Below are positions 1 through 11,164 of a stretch of 64,000 bases of DNA, one piece after another (position 1 is the first letter of the stretch; each line of letters opens with the position of its first letter). A program made the position numbers and the translations under genes. The DNA is taken from IMG/VR virus record IMGVR_UViG_3300025674_000015. One strand, written 5' to 3'. The notes under the pieces were generated by a model, which did no database searches, was not told the origin of the DNA, and saw only the letters and a program-made list of their open reading frames with translations. The DNA comes from a virus.

Positions 1-357
1 CCCGGACTGGGGCAGACAACAAAGCAAGAAGTGTGGGAACAATTATATTTTAAAGAAAGAGAGTTAGAAATTGATGATCATGGATTACTAATCGATCAAG
101 AAGATGAATCCGAAGAGTTAATCAACATGAGGCAACAACAGGCAATTGATAATACCTTTGCTGCACATTATTTCGAAATTTTGGTAGATAAGGAAATACC
201 AGACAGTATTTTATGTTTGCCAAATGAACAGGGTCGTTTGAAAGTTTTCAATAAACAGGCCATCAATTGTGATGCGATTGAGGAAGATGAGTTGACAAAA
301 GTTGAGAACTTATATAACAGCGATTTTGAAGACGGCACGGATATTTGCGAAGACTAA
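1..357 (+). CDS. Hypothetical acidic protein, 3' part (frame is open from the window start)
   Basis: Frame 1 has no stop from nt 1 to TAA at 355-357. Confidence 0.6.
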   Translation, partial: PGLGQTTKQEVWEQLYFKERELEIDDHGLLIDQEDESEELINMRQQQAIDNTFAAHYFEILVDKEIPDSILCLPNEQGRLKVFNKQAINCDAIEEDELTKVENLYNSDFEDGTDICED

Positions 358-369
358 AGGGAACAATAT

Positions 370-3198
370 ATGTCAATTACATCTAAATTTGCATTTAATA
401 AAGTAAAATCTATGCCAATCGAATCGATGCTTCCGATTGTTTTTATCGATAGTGTTTCAATTGAAGAGGAGATTGTCAACGTTGGAGCGGCTATTTTAGA
501 AAACGAAAAGGCTAGCTTCAAAGAGTTGCTGGAATCTTTTTCTAAAGATTATAACAAGGTTTTTTGCACATATATTGTTGCCTTTAAAGGAAACTATGAA
601 GATTCTAATTTTAACGAAGAAGAGTTTAAAAAATCTGTCATAATGGGCAATTACAATCAACAGAGTGTGATGATTGCAAAATATTCTTTTGACGACTATT
701 CTAAAACAAAGTCGATTGTAAAAGGCGAAGCCGGAGAGAAATACAAAATCAATTATTTATCTCATAATTTTTTCATGAAAGTAGAGAACGATTTAACTAT
801 ATTTTCTTTTTCATATTTAAATTTAAACGAGATCTTAGCTAGCGGAGATATAACAGCACCTCCGGTTTTTGAAGCTTCCTCTGCTGGTCCAATTTCTACG
901 TTGATCGCAGTTCGAAATGGAGAGACAGTCGCAGAAGAAGTTAAATATGTCGATGGTGAGGGTAATGATGTCCATGGTCAAACTAGTAATCATGATTTTT
1001 CAAAACTGACATATGAGCAAAAGAAAGATTTCATAGAGCAAGAGACTAGTAAGGAATTAAGCGATTCAACAAGAAGAGAAATAGAAAGTGCAATCCAATC
1101 TTACAATCAAAACTATTCCGGTGTTATTTCTGGATTAGAATATCCAGCAGGTTCTCCTGTCCCGCCACCCTCCGGCCTATTCTTAACAGAGGAAAGGCAG
1201 GAAGTTTTAAATGTATCTAATTTTAAAATTAAACAAGAAATAGAAAAATTTAAATTAGATTTCAATTTAATTGAGAAAATTCCATCTCCCGGAATTCAAA
1301 GATTAGGTTCGCAAGAACATGTTAAGACGACAATCAAGCCATCATATACAACTGAACTTTGGATGTCTAGAAACCCTGATAATTCATATGGAATTTCTTT
1401 TATTTTAGATTCTTATGAGGTTTTAGCGGAGAATAGTTTCTTTTCCGGTTTGATCAAGAAAATGGTCAAAAGTAGAAAAGCAGATGAATTATTTTTGAAC
1501 AGTAATGTATTAGATGTATTAGATATAAGCATTTACAGAAAAAAAGTTAAAAACGAAGTTGGAACTTCCTTTCCACTTTCTAATGACAACATTGAACAAG
1601 ATAGAGACGCCATTCCGGAACTAGTGTTGGATAAAGGTGTCAAGACAAAAGTCATGGTGGAGAAGGGAAGTAAGTATGGAATCCCAGACAACTTTTTAAT
1701 TATGAAGTTTAAAGATGAAGATATCAAACAAAAACAATCCGGATATTATCAATATTCTATGCGCGCCAGCTTGTCCGATCCTATTTTCAGATATATGTCC
1801 GGGATCTTGACGACATTAAAAAACAACTTAAGCAAGATTGAAAATTATTTGAATTTGTCTTCTATAGCTGGAGGTTTTAAAACAACCTACAATGGGCTGG
1901 ATTCGGATTCAAATCATGAAAACAGATATATACAGAAGCAGGATAGAGCCATGACACAAGCAGAATTGGAAGGACATTATGATCCAATTGCTGATAGGTT
2001 TACAGAGACATGGGCAGAAAACGGAATAGAATTATTTGAAAAAGACATTGAGCCGGCAATTAATTATTATACAAACGTGTCTTATCTTTTCACAAGTTTT
2101 ATTAAAAAAGAAATGGCAAATAAGGATTTGTTTATTTTAACTTCGCCAATTACAGGAACTCCTCGTGGTATCATGGTGTTGCAAGATCTTTATAAAAATT
2201 TGATTAGTATTTTGTCTTCTCTGTTTAAGACAAAGTCAAATAAAAACAAAGATCGCGCCGGCTCTGCCGATCCAAAAAAGGAAAAGTCAAAATCGAACGC
2301 GCCAACAAGAACTTTTAATATAGAAGTTAATTTTTCAAAAATACTAAACACACAAGACAAGAAACTGTATGGCTATGATTTTCTAGGTGTATCTGACTCT
2401 CAAAATGAATTTAATTTAAATAAGTTTCCAACAATCTCGGCTAGTGATTGGAAAAGGAGACTAGAGAAGGAAGAAGAAAAGTTTTCTTTTGATGAAGACA
2501 TTGCAACGCAGTTTGACCCGGAAATGTTGACACCATATGCTATGGTTAGCCCGGAGAACAAAATAGATTTTTTTAAAGAAAGTTCAAATAGTATAAAATA
2601 TTATGACACAGAGTTAAAAGTGGTCTATTCAAATAAAATTTCAGAAAAAGAAAACAATATTAATGTTTATAGTTCTATTTTGGATAAAAATTTGGTCAAT
2701 GCTGACGCAAGGCATATGGAATCTTTGTTTTCAAGCCTAACAGGGTTTTCCACAACTTTTGAAAATAAAAAACTAATTGATGATTTAACTAATGATTCTT
2801 ATATGGTGTCGGCAACGGATACACTAGCTGTTGATTCGATCACTTCATTTGATAAAGTAAAGAAAAGTTTTAAACAAGCTCCGCTTGGGTTAAATGAGTT
2901 GGAATTGTTGACAAAAGTTTTGGAATTAGAAATCGGTGATAAGATGGAAGAACAGTCGGAAAAGTCTTTACGCTCTTATCTTCGCCTGAATAAAGAAAAC
3001 ATGATAAAAGTTCAGTATCTTGCAGGATTTGAGAAAAGCAGGGAAAAAGATTTTGTAAAAAGACCAACTTGGCAAAATCTAACTTCAATCGATGACTTCA
3101 ATTCAGAATTTGTTATATGTAGGATCTCCAAAGTTAGTAAAAATAATAATTACGATTTACCTATTTATAATAAATATTTCATCATCATGGGGATTTAG
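370..3198 (+). CDS. Large hypothetical protein, probably virion-associated
   Basis: 942 aa ORF, AGGGA RBS, lies in a run of structural-type genes. Confidence 0.6.
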   Translation: MSITSKFAFNKVKSMPIESMLPIVFIDSVSIEEEIVNVGAAILENEKASFKELLESFSKDYNKVFCTYIVAFKGNYEDSNFNEEEFKKSVIMGNYNQQSVMIAKYSFDDYSKTKSIVKGEAGEKYKINYLSHNFFMKVENDLTIFSFSYLNLNEILASGDITAPPVFEASSAGPISTLIAVRNGETVAEEVKYVDGEGNDVHGQTSNHDFSKLTYEQKKDFIEQETSKELSDSTRREIESAIQSYNQNYSGVISGLEYPAGSPVPPPSGLFLTEERQEVLNVSNFKIKQEIEKFKLDFNLIEKIPSPGIQRLGSQEHVKTTIKPSYTTELWMSRNPDNSYGISFILDSYEVLAENSFFSGLIKKMVKSRKADELFLNSNVLDVLDISIYRKKVKNEVGTSFPLSNDNIEQDRDAIPELVLDKGVKTKVMVEKGSKYGIPDNFLIMKFKDEDIKQKQSGYYQYSMRASLSDPIFRYMSGILTTLKNNLSKIENYLNLSSIAGGFKTTYNGLDSDSNHENRYIQKQDRAMTQAELEGHYDPIADRFTETWAENGIELFEKDIEPAINYYTNVSYLFTSFIKKEMANKDLFILTSPITGTPRGIMVLQDLYKNLISILSSLFKTKSNKNKDRAGSADPKKEKSKSNAPTRTFNIEVNFSKILNTQDKKLYGYDFLGVSDSQNEFNLNKFPTISASDWKRRLEKEEEKFSFDEDIATQFDPEMLTPYAMVSPENKIDFFKESSNSIKYYDTELKVVYSNKISEKENNINVYSSILDKNLVNADARHMESLFSSLTGFSTTFENKKLIDDLTNDSYMVSATDTLAVDSITSFDKVKKSFKQAPLGLNELELLTKVLELEIGDKMEEQSEKSLRSYLRLNKENMIKVQYLAGFEKSREKDFVKRPTWQNLTSIDDFNSEFVICRISKVSKNNNYDLPIYNKYFIIMGI

Positions 3199-3203
3199 TT
3201 TAG

Positions 3204-5921
3204 ATGAAAAGTCCAAAAGGAAGAAAAGAAGGCTTTTATAACGCAGAGTATGTTGCAAAAATGGTGGATTCGGAACTGTTCCAGCCCTCCATAAAAAGGT
3301 TTGTGTCGACATATAATTTAGATGAAGCTGATGTAAAAGATAAATTTAGACTTCTTTTTGGAAGATTTTGGGTTGAATCTCCCGGAAAAGAGCGCACAAT
3401 TGTACATTTTGCGGATATAGCAAAGGGAAGCATGCCGCTTTCGTTTGATAGAATAGAATTCAAAGAGTTTAAAGCAGGGTCAGCCGACAAAAAATATCCA
3501 TATGGTGTGTACACACAGGAGATGGTTTATAAGCCTAGGTCAAATGACAAAGATAATGAAATTAAAACACTGGACGATGGTGTCAAATTAGGCGAGGCAA
3601 ACTCTTACTTTGATCATTATTTCAACTTTCCTAATCCCTTTGGAGCTTCTGGAGAATATCAAACTAGAAACCGGCCACAAAATCCATATTATTATGAATT
3701 AACATCAGATTATAACTATTTTGTTAGAAAGTATGAAAATGCCATAGAAGATCCCAAAGTTCCGGAAACAATCTTGCCGAAGGTTTATGCTGATCTTAAG
3801 CTGTCTATAGAACTTACCGACTTGTTGGCTGAAATATTTGGAAAGAATGCATCAGGTAAAATTAAAAGCAAAAGAGATTATGATTATTTTTCAAATTATG
3901 GCGTTGTCATTGAAAATTTGATTAACGTTCCAAAGTATCAAAAACTAAAAGACCGTATTATAACAAGAGAAGAGTCGAAGTCAATTGTCCCCGGATCACT
4001 GCCAAAAAAGGCTTCTGCTATTTATCCAATGTCTTCTGCTCTTAAGTGGAGAATGGATGGTAGTAAAGATATTACTAAAATATTGAAAGAGTCAAATATT
4101 TTATCTGATGTTTATAATGCCTTTGAAAATCGCGGGTTTCAAAGGCAAGAGGGAAAAACAAACTTCAAATATTCAGACGGTATAGAGGTAACAAACTATT
4201 CAACTTTTTTAAGATTTATACCACCACTTCAGCTTTCTGCTAATTCAGGGGTAGATCTTTTCAATAACAAAATAAAATCTTTATTGAAAACACACTTTCG
4301 TTCGTTCAAAGAGATAATGGAAGGAGTGCCGGCTTATTCTGAAATTATAGCTTATAAAGTTGAAAAATATGATGAAAAAAATAAATTGTTACAAACATTA
4401 TATGTACAAAACTTACCTGAAACTGATATTTTTGAATACATGGATGCTCAAGTTAAATATCAAAAACTTTATAAATATAAGGTTTCTGCTCTTTGTTTTG
4501 TGTTGGGGACAAAATATTGGTTTGAAGATGGTACTAGTAAAAAATTGCCCGTTGAAGGCCCCGTTGGACCAAGCGCAGAAGAAGTAATTAAATTAATCGA
4601 GAAAGACTTTAAGCAGTCCATCGAAACAAAAATAACCCCCAAAGAGACTATCAACGATCTATATAGACCTAGTATTGCTCCGGTGGTAAGAAGTGAAACC
4701 CAACCACCGGATGATGAATTTGAAGGGGTCGAAAGGGAGCCGAGGTCTTTTGAAGATCAGGAATCTACAGCAGATGCAGATCCATCGGCTTCACCCGGCC
4801 CGGATGATCCCATGGGTTTTGACACCAGAAAGCCTAGTGATAGGCATGACCAGTTAAAAAAAGATAAAAACCTACCATCTCCGAGTGATGTTTTGAATAA
4901 CATGGTTGTTCCATATGTTGTGAATTGTGCCCCATCTTTGCAGTTGATTGAAGTCCCTTATTTTGAGGATCAAACCTTTATCATTGGAAACCCTCCCATG
5001 CCACCGGATGTGGATGTTGTTCCATATGTTAACAAAGATGATAGAATGCTCTTCAATTTAAATGCTAGAATTGAAACCATGGAAATGATGCCAATATCAA
5101 TTTTACCTTCTGATGAAGCAGAGTTTGAAAAGTTTGATAAAAAAGTTAAAGATGGAAGGCTAATTTTTAAATCTGATTTTGGAGAGCCACTCAAGGCATT
5201 TCAAATATTTAGAACAGAAAAAAAACCAAAATCATATATGGATTTTTCAAATTCACTTTTAGCAACAATAGAGACAAATTGCATTGCAAACGCAGCTTCG
5301 TTTGTCGATAAAAAAATAAGATCGAATAGAAAATATTATTATACTTTTCGTTCGATAGACCGACATGGCCACATCTCAAACCCTAGTCCGGTTTATGAAG
5401 TTCAGTTAATCAACGATAGTGGATATGTTTATTCAATTGTTCGGAATGTAGAGTTGGATAATAAGATCAAAAAAGAGATTAGCCGCTCCGCAAAAAAATA
5501 TATTTATATTCGTCCGGATGACCAACATACCGTTGTTGATTCTAGACAGTTTGAAGATTCTGTTAATATAAAATCTTCTATAGAATTAGGAAAAAAAGTA
5601 GCCCGAGCACAAAGGGATAAAGAAACGGTCGAATCTAATATACCACTTCAGGAAGCATCTGCTCTCCTAGGAGAGTCTAATGCCCCAATAGTATCTGATC
5701 CATCATTTGACACCAGAGTGGAAGATCAGCTGGTGTCAGCCAAAGATTTAAAAAATGTTAGATTAGGCGAATACACATTAGATAACGAACAGCTTTGGAA
5801 TAGACGATTTAAATTACGAATCAAATCCAAAAAAACAGGAAGAATTATAGATTTTAATTTTAAATGCAAAAAGTCTTTTAAACCTTATGAGCCTGAAGAG
5901 CAAAAAAAGGATTTGTGCTGA
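3204..5921 (+). CDS. Large hypothetical protein with fibronectin-III-like segments, probably virion structural
   Basis: 905 aa; two FN3-like motifs (YMDAQVKYQKLYKYKVSA; FVDKKIRSNRKYYYTFRSIDRHGHISNPS); CTATTTA upstream at 3161. Confidence 0.5.
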   Translation: MKSPKGRKEGFYNAEYVAKMVDSELFQPSIKRFVSTYNLDEADVKDKFRLLFGRFWVESPGKERTIVHFADIAKGSMPLSFDRIEFKEFKAGSADKKYPYGVYTQEMVYKPRSNDKDNEIKTLDDGVKLGEANSYFDHYFNFPNPFGASGEYQTRNRPQNPYYYELTSDYNYFVRKYENAIEDPKVPETILPKVYADLKLSIELTDLLAEIFGKNASGKIKSKRDYDYFSNYGVVIENLINVPKYQKLKDRIITREESKSIVPGSLPKKASAIYPMSSALKWRMDGSKDITKILKESNILSDVYNAFENRGFQRQEGKTNFKYSDGIEVTNYSTFLRFIPPLQLSANSGVDLFNNKIKSLLKTHFRSFKEIMEGVPAYSEIIAYKVEKYDEKNKLLQTLYVQNLPETDIFEYMDAQVKYQKLYKYKVSALCFVLGTKYWFEDGTSKKLPVEGPVGPSAEEVIKLIEKDFKQSIETKITPKETINDLYRPSIAPVVRSETQPPDDEFEGVEREPRSFEDQESTADADPSASPGPDDPMGFDTRKPSDRHDQLKKDKNLPSPSDVLNNMVVPYVVNCAPSLQLIEVPYFEDQTFIIGNPPMPPDVDVVPYVNKDDRMLFNLNARIETMEMMPISILPSDEAEFEKFDKKVKDGRLIFKSDFGEPLKAFQIFRTEKKPKSYMDFSNSLLATIETNCIANAASFVDKKIRSNRKYYYTFRSIDRHGHISNPSPVYEVQLINDSGYVYSIVRNVELDNKIKKEISRSAKKYIYIRPDDQHTVVDSRQFEDSVNIKSSIELGKKVARAQRDKETVESNIPLQEASALLGESNAPIVSDPSFDTRVEDQLVSAKDLKNVRLGEYTLDNEQLWNRRFKLRIKSKKTGRIIDFNFKCKKSFKPYEPEEQKKDLC

Positions 5922-5926
5922 ACAAG

Positions 5927-5950
5927 ACTATTTAAGTAAAAGACTATTTA
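5927..5950 (+). promoter_or_regulatory. Tandem putative late promoter motifs (ACTATTTA x2)
   Basis: ACTATTTA at 5927 and 5943, about 20-45 nt before ATG 5972; motif recurs before many structural genes. Confidence 0.6.
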
Positions 5951-5971
5951 TTTTAAAAAGAGGAAAAAAAT

Positions 5972-6919
5972 ATGGGCTTTTTAGACAATTCCGGAGACAT
6001 CATACTTGATGCGGTTCTTACCGACACAGGTAGAATGCGTTTAGCAAAGGGCGACGGCAGCTTTAAGATCGTAAAGTTCGCTCTTGGCGACGATGAAATC
6101 GACTATTCCACTTATAATGACGCTCATACATCAGGGTCAGCGTACTTTGATTTAGAGATTCTACAAACACCAGTTTTAGAAGCTTTTACAAACAATGCTT
6201 CTTCGATGAAACACAAGCTAGTTTCTTATTCTAGAAACGATCTTCTTTATCTTCCTACGATCCAGTGGTTTTCAAATGCGTCTAGCACCACTCCTCATGG
6301 TAACTTTTCAAATGAAGTTGCAAAAGTTCTTGTTGATTCTGCAACAGTCACAGGGTTGGCAGCGACTAACTCACAAGATCAATATATGAAATATGATGAA
6401 TCTGGTGAAGTTATCATTTTAGAGCAGGGTCTAGACACGACAGAGATTTCTTGGAGAGAGACTATTCAATCCGATCTTATTGAAACTCAATATATTGTTG
6501 AAATGGACGATCGATTAGGAAAGTTGTTTTCTGGAGATCGACTGAATGGAAATCGACAATCGGCAGTTCCTTCTTTTATTGATGACGATAATATTGCCAG
6601 TTATTATTTGAGTCTGGGTGTTAACGATTCTTTTGTTAAAGATAGCGAAACTTATAGTCCATGGGCTAGAAAGCTTAAAGAGACGGACACCACCGCCACA
6701 CCAGACGGGCCAATTAAAGGGCCTTTTGGAACTGCGTTGCTTTTGTTCGTCAAACCTAGCATCAACTTGCAAACCAGTAATTTCTACTTTACTAGGCTGG
6801 GTAGAGAAGCAGTCATCGACGCGGTTAATGTCTACATCTTAGACACAACTGTACGAATCACTGGCGCAACCACCGGTTATTCAATTGACATTCCTGTTAG
6901 ATATATTAAGAAAAGATAA
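5972..6919 (+). CDS. Virion structural protein (baseplate/tail-associated)
   Basis: MGFLDNSGDIILDAVLTDTGR...KFALGDDEIDY N-terminus typical of large-myovirus structural proteins; late motif upstream. Confidence 0.55.
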   Translation: MGFLDNSGDIILDAVLTDTGRMRLAKGDGSFKIVKFALGDDEIDYSTYNDAHTSGSAYFDLEILQTPVLEAFTNNASSMKHKLVSYSRNDLLYLPTIQWFSNASSTTPHGNFSNEVAKVLVDSATVTGLAATNSQDQYMKYDESGEVIILEQGLDTTEISWRETIQSDLIETQYIVEMDDRLGKLFSGDRLNGNRQSAVPSFIDDDNIASYYLSLGVNDSFVKDSETYSPWARKLKETDTTATPDGPIKGPFGTALLLFVKPSINLQTSNFYFTRLGREAVIDAVNVYILDTTVRITGATTGYSIDIPVRYIKKR

Positions 6920-6930
6920 GGAAAAATAAA

Positions 6931-8082
6931 ATGGCAACAACTTTTAAAACGTTCTTGAATAATGACAAGACAACCTCTAGAACTTTGCTTCATGAGTCGA
7001 TTCCAATTACAGGCTCTATTGTTTCTGGAACATATGACACTGCTGCCGGTGTCTCTAGAAACATTAAAGATTTCAGCCATGGCATGTTCCAGTCTGTTTA
7101 TGACTATCCTTATCTCAGTTCGTCTGCGAACCATATTTTTGATGTTACGGTTGGTTATGCTTCCACGTCTCACGCATCTGCTTCGACGAGTACACAAAAC
7201 TCCAAAAAGATCAATGTCTACAACTCCATGGCGCAGGTATTGGCTGGTAACGATGTTACCGGTTCAATTCTAGAGTTTGATGAAGACGGTGATTATGAAG
7301 CCGGCGGAAGCAAACTTAAGGAAGTTTTCATCCTGAACTTTGCTAGGCTTTTGTCAAAAGACGAAATTCAAAAAGGCTCCTTCCAGCTCCAGCTTGGACT
7401 TTCCGGAACACAAGGTGCAGATCGTTTTGGAACCGGTGGAAACTTTGCAAACGACTTTATCCTGAACATTACAGACGCTAGCGGCTCGAATCGGTACTAT
7501 ACCAACTCCCCCGCCGGCGAGTATGGAATTCTTTTTGCAACAGCTTCGGCCACTTCCGGTGATGGAAGTCAACTTCTGGCAAACTCTGGCTATAGACCTT
7601 GCGGTTTGTTGTATTATCAAGCCGGTATTGCAGTTCTTTCAGGTTCTGTGTTTACTAGCAATACAGACGGTGGTCTGCTCAATTCTTCTATTTACAACGT
7701 TAATGATCCCGCTGTTTCACCAACGAACGCCGGAACTGTAACGTTTGAACAAGCTTTGACTGGGAACAATATTCAAACTATTTCTGACTCTATTCGGAAC
7801 AGAATTTACAACGTTCAGTTCAACAACACAACTGAATTGAATTCGACAATTTACTTCTGCCGAGTAAATCATAATGAATTCAACTATAGTTCAAACCCAA
7901 CTTATGTCTCTGATAGTAAAATTAGAGTTAAAAGAGATGACACTGACACTCCCGTTTCTTACTTTACAACCGTTGGCCTTTACTCTGCTGACAATGAGCT
8001 TCTGGCGGTTGCAAAGCTGTCTGAGCCTATCAAGAAGACCCCTGAGAACGAAGTAACCCTAAGAGTGCGTTTGGATTACTAA
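6931..8082 (+). CDS. Virion structural protein (baseplate/fibre-attachment type)
   Basis: C-terminal TTVGLY..NELLAVAKLSEPIKK..LRVRLDY motif; Ser/Thr/Gly rich. Confidence 0.55.
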   Translation: MATTFKTFLNNDKTTSRTLLHESIPITGSIVSGTYDTAAGVSRNIKDFSHGMFQSVYDYPYLSSSANHIFDVTVGYASTSHASASTSTQNSKKINVYNSMAQVLAGNDVTGSILEFDEDGDYEAGGSKLKEVFILNFARLLSKDEIQKGSFQLQLGLSGTQGADRFGTGGNFANDFILNITDASGSNRYYTNSPAGEYGILFATASATSGDGSQLLANSGYRPCGLLYYQAGIAVLSGSVFTSNTDGGLLNSSIYNVNDPAVSPTNAGTVTFEQALTGNNIQTISDSIRNRIYNVQFNNTTELNSTIYFCRVNHNEFNYSSNPTYVSDSKIRVKRDDTDTPVSYFTTVGLYSADNELLAVAKLSEPIKKTPENEVTLRVRLDY

Positions 8083-8084
8083 AC

Positions 8085-9251
8085 ATGGCTTTTTACAAGT
8101 TCAATAAAGATGATATTTTGGTTAATACCATTAAATCATACCCTCAAGTTAATTTCTTCATAAACAACAAATATGTGTTCTATAATCAGCAAATTCCAGA
8201 GACAGGCTCTACGACCTCGACTCGTGGGGTTCCAAATGGACACATTAGTCTTCATGAGTTGAATGTTGATCGACCTTCTGGTCAATTGATCTCTCCTTTT
8301 GTGTACAAAACTTCTGATTTGAATGTTTTCAGATCGGTGACAGCAACCTCATTCAATCAAGGTCAGTACGGCGATAAGATTGATGGATATTACCCAATGT
8401 CCGCTTCGCTTTCAGTTGATAGGTTGGCAGGAACACATAAGAAGATCACAGCGCTTAAAAACACCATGAATTTCTATAGAAGATTTAGCCAGCATTATGA
8501 ATTTAATTCAGGGGCAGATCGTCTAGATAGGAACATAGCTAACTCAACTGTCAACTTGATCAGCATTCCTTCTATATTTTATGGCTCGCAAATCAAAAAA
8601 GGAACAGTTGATTTAAAGTTTCTAGTTTCTGGAACTTTGCTAGCACAACTTAAAGATGAAAAGCAAAACGGAGAACTAATTCAAACAGGCCCAGAAGGAA
8701 GTTTAGGCTCTGGATCGACACAAGGCATTGTTTTATACAATGAAGGTTTCCTTCTCCTGACCGGCTCAGATTCCTTGCATGGCTCGCATAGAGAGAATTA
8801 TCTAGGAACCGGACCAGAAGCTCCTGCATGGATTTACTTTGCAACAACAGGCTCTGCAACGGCTGGAACCGGAGTGCCTTCTTCTAGCTTCGATTTAGCC
8901 TTTAGCGGAACTTCCTATATTGAAAACATCACAATGTTCGCTCATGCGAAAAGAGGCGAGCTTAATCACTCAAACAACCCAACTTATATTTTGTCAGGCT
9001 CCGGCAACAATTATATGACAGTTACAACCGGCTCCGGAAATCAATACAAAGAATTGGACAACATTCAAATCAAAAATGTTGTTTCAGCTTCTTATCAAAA
9101 CGTCACAGGCTCTTTTGAGAAAACAACCTATATCTCAAAAATTGGAATTTATGATAAGGATAAGAACCTTATTGGAATCACCAGCATGGCCGTCCCAATT
9201 AAAAAAACAGCTAATAGAGGATTAACATTTAAGATCAAGTATGATATATGA
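8085..9251 (+). CDS. Virion structural protein, paralogue of the upstream gene
   Basis: Shares NHSNNPTY and ISKIGIYD..NLIG...PIKK...FKIKYDI C-terminus with 6931..8082. Confidence 0.55.
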   Translation: MAFYKFNKDDILVNTIKSYPQVNFFINNKYVFYNQQIPETGSTTSTRGVPNGHISLHELNVDRPSGQLISPFVYKTSDLNVFRSVTATSFNQGQYGDKIDGYYPMSASLSVDRLAGTHKKITALKNTMNFYRRFSQHYEFNSGADRLDRNIANSTVNLISIPSIFYGSQIKKGTVDLKFLVSGTLLAQLKDEKQNGELIQTGPEGSLGSGSTQGIVLYNEGFLLLTGSDSLHGSHRENYLGTGPEAPAWIYFATTGSATAGTGVPSSSFDLAFSGTSYIENITMFAHAKRGELNHSNNPTYILSGSGNNYMTVTTGSGNQYKELDNIQIKNVVSASYQNVTGSFEKTTYISKIGIYDKDKNLIGITSMAVPIKKTANRGLTFKIKYDI

Positions 9252-9281
9252 TATAATATTCTTTTATATTTGGAGGAATAA

Positions 9282-9809
9282 ATGATACTAGGTTTAGATG
9301 TTAGCACAAGCATAACTGGAATTTGTGTACTTGACAAAGAAGAGAATATAGTTTATAATTCTGCTGTAGATACTAGAAAATACAAAAATATGTACGAAAA
9401 AGCAGAAAAAGTAAAAGAAAAGCTTGAAGAATTAAAAAAAGAATATGATATTAATAGCATTTATATTGAAAAGTCTTTACAATCTTTTAGATCAGGCTTC
9501 TCCTCTGCGAAAGTTCTTTCAACATTATCTGCTTTCAATGGGATTGTATCTTGGTTCTGTTATGAGATCTATGGAATGCCCCCAGAGTATATTTCGGCTT
9601 CCTCCGCAAGAAAAGATTGCGGTATCAAAGTTCCAAAAGGTCAAAAGGCAAAGCCCTTTGTTTTAGGAGTCTTGGTGAAAGAAGGCTTAATCAGTCCAGA
9701 ATATACGAAGAAGGGCAATCCCAAGCCCATCTACTATGACATGTCTGACGCAATTGTCATTGCAAAATCAGGATTTAAGAAATCACTTGACAACACCCCT
9801 CATTCTTGA
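9282..9809 (+). CDS. RuvC-like Holliday junction resolvase
   Basis: ILGLDVSTSITG (first Asp), IYIEK (Glu), DMSDAIVIA (Asp pair): RNase H-fold RuvC motifs. Confidence 0.8.
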   Translation: MILGLDVSTSITGICVLDKEENIVYNSAVDTRKYKNMYEKAEKVKEKLEELKKEYDINSIYIEKSLQSFRSGFSSAKVLSTLSAFNGIVSWFCYEIYGMPPEYISASSARKDCGIKVPKGQKAKPFVLGVLVKEGLISPEYTKKGNPKPIYYDMSDAIVIAKSGFKKSLDNTPHS

Positions 9810-9815
9810 TATAAT
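9787..9815 (+). promoter_or_regulatory. sigma70-type early promoter
   Basis: TTGACA-17 nt-TATAAT, perfect consensus with TGn extended -10, 30 nt before the primase ATG. Confidence 0.85.
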
Positions 9816-9844
9816 GTGTGTAACTTTTTCAAAGGAAACCACAC

Positions 9845-10768
9845 ATGAAAGAACTATCCATCCTTAAAAACACATTAGATCATGCCTACTCTAAAGGAAG
9901 TGAGCATCTTTTCTATTGTCCTTTCTGCAAACATCACAAGCCAAAAATGTCTGTGAACATCTCTAAAAACGTATTCAAATGCTGGGTTTGTGACACAAGC
10001 GGTAAAAACGTCTACTACCTTCTAAAAAGGTTTGGAACGTTTGACAATCAACAAGAGTGGCTTAAGATCACAAATCAGATCGATGTTCGCGACTTTGAAC
10101 TGATCATAACAGGATCAGCTTCCAACGAAAAGATCAAACAAAAGATCGATCTTCCAGAGGAATATAAACCACTGTTTACAGGCTCTATTGATCTTTATTC
10201 ACAAATACCATTGAACTATCTGACAAAAAGAGGCTTCAGCCATGACAAGATTTACAAATACAAGATAGGCTATTGCGCTTCCGGAGAATACAAAGGAAGA
10301 ATAATCATTCCTTCTTTTGATGAAGAAGGCGATGTAAGTTATTTTGTTTCTAGAACTTATACAAAACAAAAAAGAAAATACAAAAATCCAAGAGTTTCAA
10401 AAGATATCGTGTTCAACGATCTTTTGATTGATTGGCAAAAGCCAATTGTCTTGGTTGAAGGCGTTTTCGATTCTATTCATGAGGAAAACATGATTCCAAT
10501 CTTGGGTTCGACTTTATCAGAAAAAACAGAGCTTTTTCAAAAAATTGTTGAAAAAAGCCCCAAAACCTATATTGCATTAGATCCAGACGCTTACAAAAAA
10601 GAAATGAATATAGTATCAAATCTTATAAAGTATGGAGTAGGTGTATGGAAAATAGAAGTTCCGGAGGGCAAAGATTTGAATGATATATCAAAATATGAAT
10701 ATCAAAGATTGAAAATGACAGCAAAGCAAGTTAAATTTGACACTTTATTTGAAATGATCAACATATAG
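9845..10768 (+). CDS. DNA primase (zinc finger plus TOPRIM)
   Basis: CPFCKHH...CWVC zinc-binding domain; GRIIIP; LVEGVFD; IALDPD TOPRIM motifs. Confidence 0.85.
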   Translation: MKELSILKNTLDHAYSKGSEHLFYCPFCKHHKPKMSVNISKNVFKCWVCDTSGKNVYYLLKRFGTFDNQQEWLKITNQIDVRDFELIITGSASNEKIKQKIDLPEEYKPLFTGSIDLYSQIPLNYLTKRGFSHDKIYKYKIGYCASGEYKGRIIIPSFDEEGDVSYFVSRTYTKQKRKYKNPRVSKDIVFNDLLIDWQKPIVLVEGVFDSIHEENMIPILGSTLSEKTELFQKIVEKSPKTYIALDPDAYKKEMNIVSNLIKYGVGVWKIEVPEGKDLNDISKYEYQRLKMTAKQVKFDTLFEMINI

Positions 10769-10777
10769 GAGGCAGAG

Positions 10778-11164
10778 ATGATTGAATTTTTGAAACAAGA
10801 AGGCGTTTATGAATTGGTTTGGTTCCTTTCGGGGGTTCTTTGTTACATGACATTGCAATTCATTGTTGGAGCGAGATCGGCTTATAAGCTTATTAAAGCA
10901 ACGATGTATGCATCACTGTCTTTGCTTTTGCGAGCTTACTCATACAGCATGGATGAAATAGAGCTTCAAAGAGAAGAGTTCAAAAAGAATAATCCAGACT
11001 ACACAGATTATGCCTTAGAAAAAGAATTCTCAGAAAGGGAAGAGCAGATTAACAAACGCCGCGACAAAGCATTTGCAGCCATGGCTGACGTTGCTCCCCC
11101 AATCTTTGAAGTTGTTAGAAAAGAAATAAATGATGCAGTCAATACAGGAGTGTTTGATGACTAA
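10778..11164 (+). CDS. Hypothetical membrane-anchored protein
   Basis: AGGAGG RBS; hydrophobic N-terminal segment. Confidence 0.6.
   Translation: MIEFLKQEGVYELVWFLSGVLCYMTLQFIVGARSAYKLIKATMYASLSLLLRAYSYSMDEIELQREEFKKNNPDYTDYALEKEFSEREEQINKRRDKAFAAMADVAPPIFEVVRKEINDAVNTGVFDD

Noticed and set aside
9229-9257. Possible extended -10 promoter (TGATATAAT) before the RuvC-like gene
   Set aside because: Poor -35 in an AT-rich context; plausible but not supportable
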